A stretch of 63,833 bases of DNA, counting the filler, from Reclinomonas americana ATCC 50394 (taxonomy: Eukaryota), in the NCBI GenBank assembly GCA_048213135.1. It is 12 parts of 12 records of this genome, joined end to end, with 100 filler letters (N's around TTAATTAATTAA, not from the genome) between each part and the next. Parts side by side here need not be neighbours in the genome. Positions count along the whole stretch, not along the records: positions 62,557 to 63,833 come from AFZH01017743.1; 11 more parts are not named here. The stretch is one strand, 5' to 3'. Below the pieces are notes generated by a model that had not been told where the DNA came from, ran no database searches, and saw only the letters and a program-made list of their open reading frames with translations. This document shows, in pieces, positions 62,557 to 63,833 of the stretch; positions within the stretch are counted from its first letter, which is position 1; each line of letters begins with the position of its first letter. Position numbers and translations under genes: made by a program.

Positions 62557-63833
62557 ACTTGTACCGCGACCCAAGGCTGTCACTGCGTTGTTTGAGCATG
62601 GTTCTCCGGCGGTTTCACACCTGCGGCCGTCTCGTGCCGTCACATCGCACGGACACAGTCGACCTCCGGCGACTCGGGAGGCTGCGCATCACGGGCACCC
62701 GCCACATGGCTCTGCTGCTGCTGCTGCTGCTGCCGCCGCCGTCGCCAATGCGCACGCCGCCGCGGCCAACGGGGCAGTGCACCACCATCGACAGGAGGTC
62801 AGTGCCAGCGAAGAAGATGGTGATGACGACGAGGAGTACTCGGACGACAGCGGCTACAGCGACGATGACGCGCCTGTGCGCAAGTCACCAGCTGCTCCCG
62901 CGCCTGCGTCCAACAGCAGTACGTGCCGATTGTGTTCGTGCCGCCACTTTATTATTTCGTTCGCTCACTCGCGCGCTGCGCAGAACCGCTCCCTCCACCG
63001 GCACAACCCATGGCTACCGCCATTCACACACCGCCTGCGGCGCGAACACCGCCTGCAGTGAGCAAGGCACCACCACCTGCGGCGCCCGCAGCATCATCAC
63101 CGCTGCCGTCAGTGCAAGCGGCTCCTGCGGCCTCGTCCCCCAGCATGCACAAGTCGAGTCCTAACGGGAGTGCCTCGACTCCGACCAAGCTGCCGCCCGC
63201 TGTGTCGCAAGGCGGCAAGACACCAACCTCGGCCACAAAAGCACCACCACCACCACCAAATGCCCGCCTGCCAGATCCAAAGCCACCAGCCGTCATTGCC
63301 GGTGAGCTTTCAAAGCATACATTTTTCGAGTCACGTTTGCGCTGCGAACTCACACGTGACGGCAGACTCGGAGAGCGAATACTCGGAGGACTCTGGCGAG
63401 CATGACGATGAGCCACAAAGACCACAGGCGGCAACAGCCAAGTCGCCGGGTTCGCATGTCTCACGCTGTTGGATTTCTGCACTTGCTGGTTTCTTCGCGC
63501 TCATCATGGTGGACTGCACAGCTCCCGCACCGGCCAAGTCGCCTGCCGCAGTCGTGGGAACGCACGTGTACGCCGAGACCCTGTATCGAACACGTTACGT
63601 CGTCGTCGTCGTCATCTCTCTCTCGTAATGATCTCTCTTGCCGGGTTCCGACGCTTGTTCATGAACAGAGCCGGCCAGCACACCGCAAGCACCGCCAACC
63701 AAAGGTACGACTTCTGCGTCGTCGTGTTGGAAAGTTGTGACCTCACTGTGCACGCAGAGTCCCCGAGTGCAAAGCCTCCGACTCCGTCCAGTGAGTCACT
63801 TTGTTGATGATATTGTGGTGCGACTATTTACTG
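62557..63833 (+). CDS. Pro/Ala/Ser-rich short exons, possibly the 3' continuation of the Hsp70-like gene
   Basis: GC-rich low-complexity exons with GT/AG sites; no domain recognised. Confidence 0.35.

Overview
Intron-rich eukaryotic (protist-like) genomic scaffold. Twelve contigs are joined by artificial ~100-bp N-TTAATTAATTAA-N spacers, and several genes continue across the gaps, so the contig order looks real. Most ORF-track entries are GA/CT microsatellite noise; the real genes had to be rebuilt from GC-rich exons and GT..AG sites by eye. Recognisable genes: a GT77-like nucleotide-diphospho-sugar transferase, a large coiled-coil protein, SMC6, ankyrin, TPR and MORN proteins, a divergent adenosine kinase-like protein, a steroid 5-alpha-reductase-like 5' end, a TM-RGS protein, an ATP-dependent DNA ligase (LIG1/LIG6 family) and an atypical Hsp70. 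Highlight 1 (35.4-44.9 kb) is a tandem pair of NLR-like STAND(NB-ARC)-TPR genes. They share upstream region, first mini-exon, NTPase and TPR exons but carry non-homologous N-terminal effector cassettes exchanged at intron boundaries. One cassette is a caspase-fold protease with intact His/Cys dyad, visible only after splicing; the other resembles a degenerate DZIP3-type HEPN domain. The caspase copy has a 19-nt frameshifting deletion before its TPR sensor. Highlight 2 (49.1-49.7 kb) is a free-standing, apparently spliced His-Cys-box (I-PpoI-like) endonuclease gene. All family assignments come from motif recognition, not database searches.
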